Source: Dicyema japonicum (lineage: Eukaryota > Animalia > Dicyemida). From it: a stretch of DNA of 64,000 nt. The notes below the pieces were generated by a model that worked only from the letters and a program-made list of their open reading frames with translations, searched no databases and was not told the origin of the DNA. Where the stretch lies: positions 2,049,485-2,113,484 of the forward strand of contig RDEW01000001.1 of the NCBI GenBank assembly GCA_011109175.1, in the 5' to 3' direction. The translations under genes and the position numbers were made by a program. Shown one piece after another: positions 61,155 to 64,000 of the stretch (the first letter of the stretch is position 1; each line of letters begins with the position of its first letter).

Positions 61155-62760
61155 GTTATTATTATGGCACTTTCACGAAGGCCATAGTGTTTATAGCCCC
61201 GCATGTGCAACACTCAAAGAAACAATATTTATAGTTAGTCTTTCATCTTCCTCTCGAATGCGAGTGATCTCAATTCGTCCAGGTCGTCTTTAGGTTTTTT
61301 CTCACACGATTTAGATGTTTGTTTAGCAGTCGGAAGTGTCATCTAGGTCTTCCGCGGAAGGGTTTGTCGCAACTGTCAAAGTAATCTTCCATCGCTTTGT
61401 TAGCGAGTGCGTCCGGTTTCATTCTTAGTACATGCTCAAATAGCCTCCACCGGGCATCTATCACATCTTGTTGATGTACGAACAAGTACACTTGTAGATA
61501 CCAGTGGTTGATATTCTACGTCCATTCCGAGTAAGCTTCTTAGTTGCCTTCTATGGAATGAATCCAGTTTCAATAGTTTGTTGAAGGAACTTCCACATGT
61601 CCAGCGTTATACAGTATCGGTTTCACAAACGTTGTAAAGCCTGCATCTGATGTCAATTAGAAGTCCTTTGGCCTTAGCCATCCTTTCTTCAGCTTAGCCA
61701 TTGCCGCATTTGCCAGTATTTTCCTCCTTAGTACATCTTCAGCGTCTCCTAGTAGAGAGCCGAGCTTATTAGTACGTCTCCATCTTTAATGAGTAATATC
61801 GTCTTCTCTTTTGATTTCCGTAATTTCAGTTTTGTTAACATTTACGCTGAGAAACCATTTCTCAAGCTCCGCAGGTGCATTTTCTAGTAGGTGTTGGAGT
61901 GCGGTCACGTCCCGTGATACAAAATCCACATCATCCGCATAAGATGTCTCTTCTGTCTCCTATAAATCAAAGGTCTCCTATATAGCATTTACGGAGGCCG
62001 CGGAGTGCAGATTCAAGGTATATGGTGAATAGTAAAGGGGAGAAGGAATTACCCTGGTGTGTCCCAATCGTTGTTTTGAAACTGCGGGAAGTTGCTCCTT
62101 CTGTCCTCACAGATAGTTTTGTGTTCGCAAGTAGTAGTCTGATTATCCTAACCGACGATTCATCCAATATTTGCTCAAGCAAATTCATCAGTTTCTGTCT
62201 GTTTATTGAGTCGAAAACTCTGGAGAGATCTACTCCAATCTTTTGGTGCGTTTTGCGCAGCGCCATCTGTGGCTCCATATAATGTCTGCCGTAGACCTCC
62301 CTTCTCGAAACTCACTTTGACTTGCTGGTAGGTATAGATCCGCCACACCCTTTATCCGGCTTAGTGCAATGTTTGCCAGCATTTTGCGTATCGAATTCAG
62401 AAGTATTATCGGGCAAAGATTTTCTACTGGTCCTTTTGATTTGTTCGGTTTTTGTATGGGTATTAATAATCCATTTCCAAGTCCTAGATCGGTATTAGTT
62501 TCAAAGACGTCATTTAGGGTTTTTGCAATTGTGTCGCTAAGTTTTTTGTCCTATATTTTAGGAGCTCAGGGCTTATGTTGTCCGACCCAGCACTCTTGTT
62601 GTTCTTCAGTTTATTTATCGCTAATTCTACCTCTTCCACTGTGATTGGGATTTTTAGCGCCAAACTATAATGCGAGTCAATATCGAGTTGGAGGACGCTC
62701 ACGGGGCAGAATGGCCATCACTAGGAAAAATGTCAAATACACCCAAACTTACTCATGAAA
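61155..62760 (-). mobile_element. RTE LINE, 5'-truncated
   Basis: ENLCPIILL, VDLSRVFDS, YADDVDF, RWRLFEH, (TAA)n tail. Confidence 0.88.
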
Positions 62761-62949
62761 CATTATGCTACAATCAGTTTCCAAACATTCTCAAAACAAC
62801 TGGACACCAAGTTTAAAAAATCGAAGAAAAAGCAATACCAGGAACTATTTTCAAAAAAAGGTTTCAGAAGGTATCAACAAACTGAAAAACTGATGAGCAT
62901 GTGGCCCAAACAGGTGTCTTCAAATCCATCTGAAACACTTGAGTAACTA

Positions 62950-63590
62950 CGCATTTTCTTACCTAACGGAAATTTTTTATCTGTCCGTTAAATGGAACAT
63001 TATCCTAAATATGGAAGAATTCGCTCATCACTCCAATTCATAAGGTTGGAAAACAAAAAGGAGATCGCAGTCATACAGACCAATTCATTGACCTCTACTA
63101 TATCAAAAGTGTTGGAAAAGTTGGTCCTATCTAAAAATTACTCTTTCCCTAACTCAACCTAATTTCCACCACAGATTCTGTTCTGGAAGATCAACCACGA
63201 CTTTGTTATTAACGCTTTCGCAATTTATTGCGGATGGTTTCAACACTACCCCAAAACACATGCGGACGACAATGGTCTCGAGCGACATAAATAAGGCGTT
63301 GACTCGGTATCGAGGAAACATTTAATTGGAAAAAACTTTGATTCAAAAATTCGCCCTAACTTGAAGCTATGATTGGTCAATTTTTTATCTGGAAAACGTG
63401 GGAGGGTCATCTGTAACCACCTCAGATTACGTTTACTACCAAACGGAGTTCCCCAAGGTTCGCCTTTGTCCCTCACTCTATTCAACCTTTTCCTCCACTA
63501 CTTGCCAGTAGACATTGACAAGGACATCCTACGCTTTTTTATGCTGACGATATTATCACTGCAACAAGAAGCAGTTCGACGTCAGAAGTA
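62950..63590 (+). mobile_element. Ingi/Jockey-group RT fragment
   Basis: YRPI, GVPQGSPLS..LFN, YADD-like. Confidence 0.8.
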
Positions 63591-64000
63591 GTCTCACTCG
63601 CACATAAGAAAAAAGATTTCCAAACTTTCTCTTATTTTTTTGCATTGTTCCTGATCTTTCTTTCTAATGTACGAATTCTCAATCTTGTTTCCCAGGATTT
63701 TTTTGGAGGCTTTTTAGGTAATTTCTTTCTTTTATGAGTGGATCGGCTCCGGGGTAAGAATTCTTTCTTGAGGTCAGTGGCCTTCTTTTAATACAAATTT
63801 TTATTCCCTCGCGTACCACTCTATTAAAGTAGTGCTTTATCGATGTTGAAATTGGATAAATGAAAGTCAAGTAGATAATAGTCGACAAAATTTGAGAAAT
63901 TTTTCCAGTCGACATAAAACAGATTTCTTTACAATTGACACTCTTCCTTCAAACGTAATCATAACGGGATTATGGTCACTGCTGGTCTCGTATAGCGCTG
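63590..64000 (-). mobile_element. LINE APE-end/linker fragment running off the window
   Basis: SSDHNPVM. Confidence 0.6.

Noticed and set aside
9690-63915. Many 60-160 aa ORFs in the supplied track (e.g. 29424, 29671, 33790, 35400, 57543, 62369)
   Set aside because: They are antisense or alternative frames of TE coding sequence, not independent genes.

Overview
AT-rich eukaryotic nuclear DNA in the standard genetic code. Compact host genes, cut by very short (about 20-30 nt) GT-AG introns, sit between dense and often nested transposon debris; by eye roughly two thirds of the window is TE-derived. Host genes recognised by manual splicing and motif matching: SAS-6, INTS2, a MINDY1/2 deubiquitinase, a disabled intermediate-filament gene, a Tweety-like membrane protein gene split by a retrotransposon, a RhoGAP, an AGFG1-like ArfGAP, a TTLL6/13 polyglutamylase, spermidine synthase, and an 87-aa tailless H2A-like histone. 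Animal genes, centriole/cilium genes and micro-introns best fit a dicyemid mesozoan (inference, not shown). Mobile elements: RTE, Ingi/Jockey-group, CRE-like and R4-like non-LTR elements, a tRNA-headed SINE, and MULE, hAT, pogo and Ginger-type DNA transposons. Most interesting observations: (1) a Ginger-type integrase transposon with host-sized micro-introns and the same TAATA target duplication in both copies; (2) a short H2A variant lacking tails and half of the acidic patch; (3) CRE-like elements with an N-terminal PHD finger; (4) 2A/StopGo-like motifs ahead of LINE endonucleases; (5) a multi-hairpin SINE that shares its 3' stem-loop with RTE LINEs. All calls come from reading the sequence; no searches were run, and many TE boundaries are approximate.
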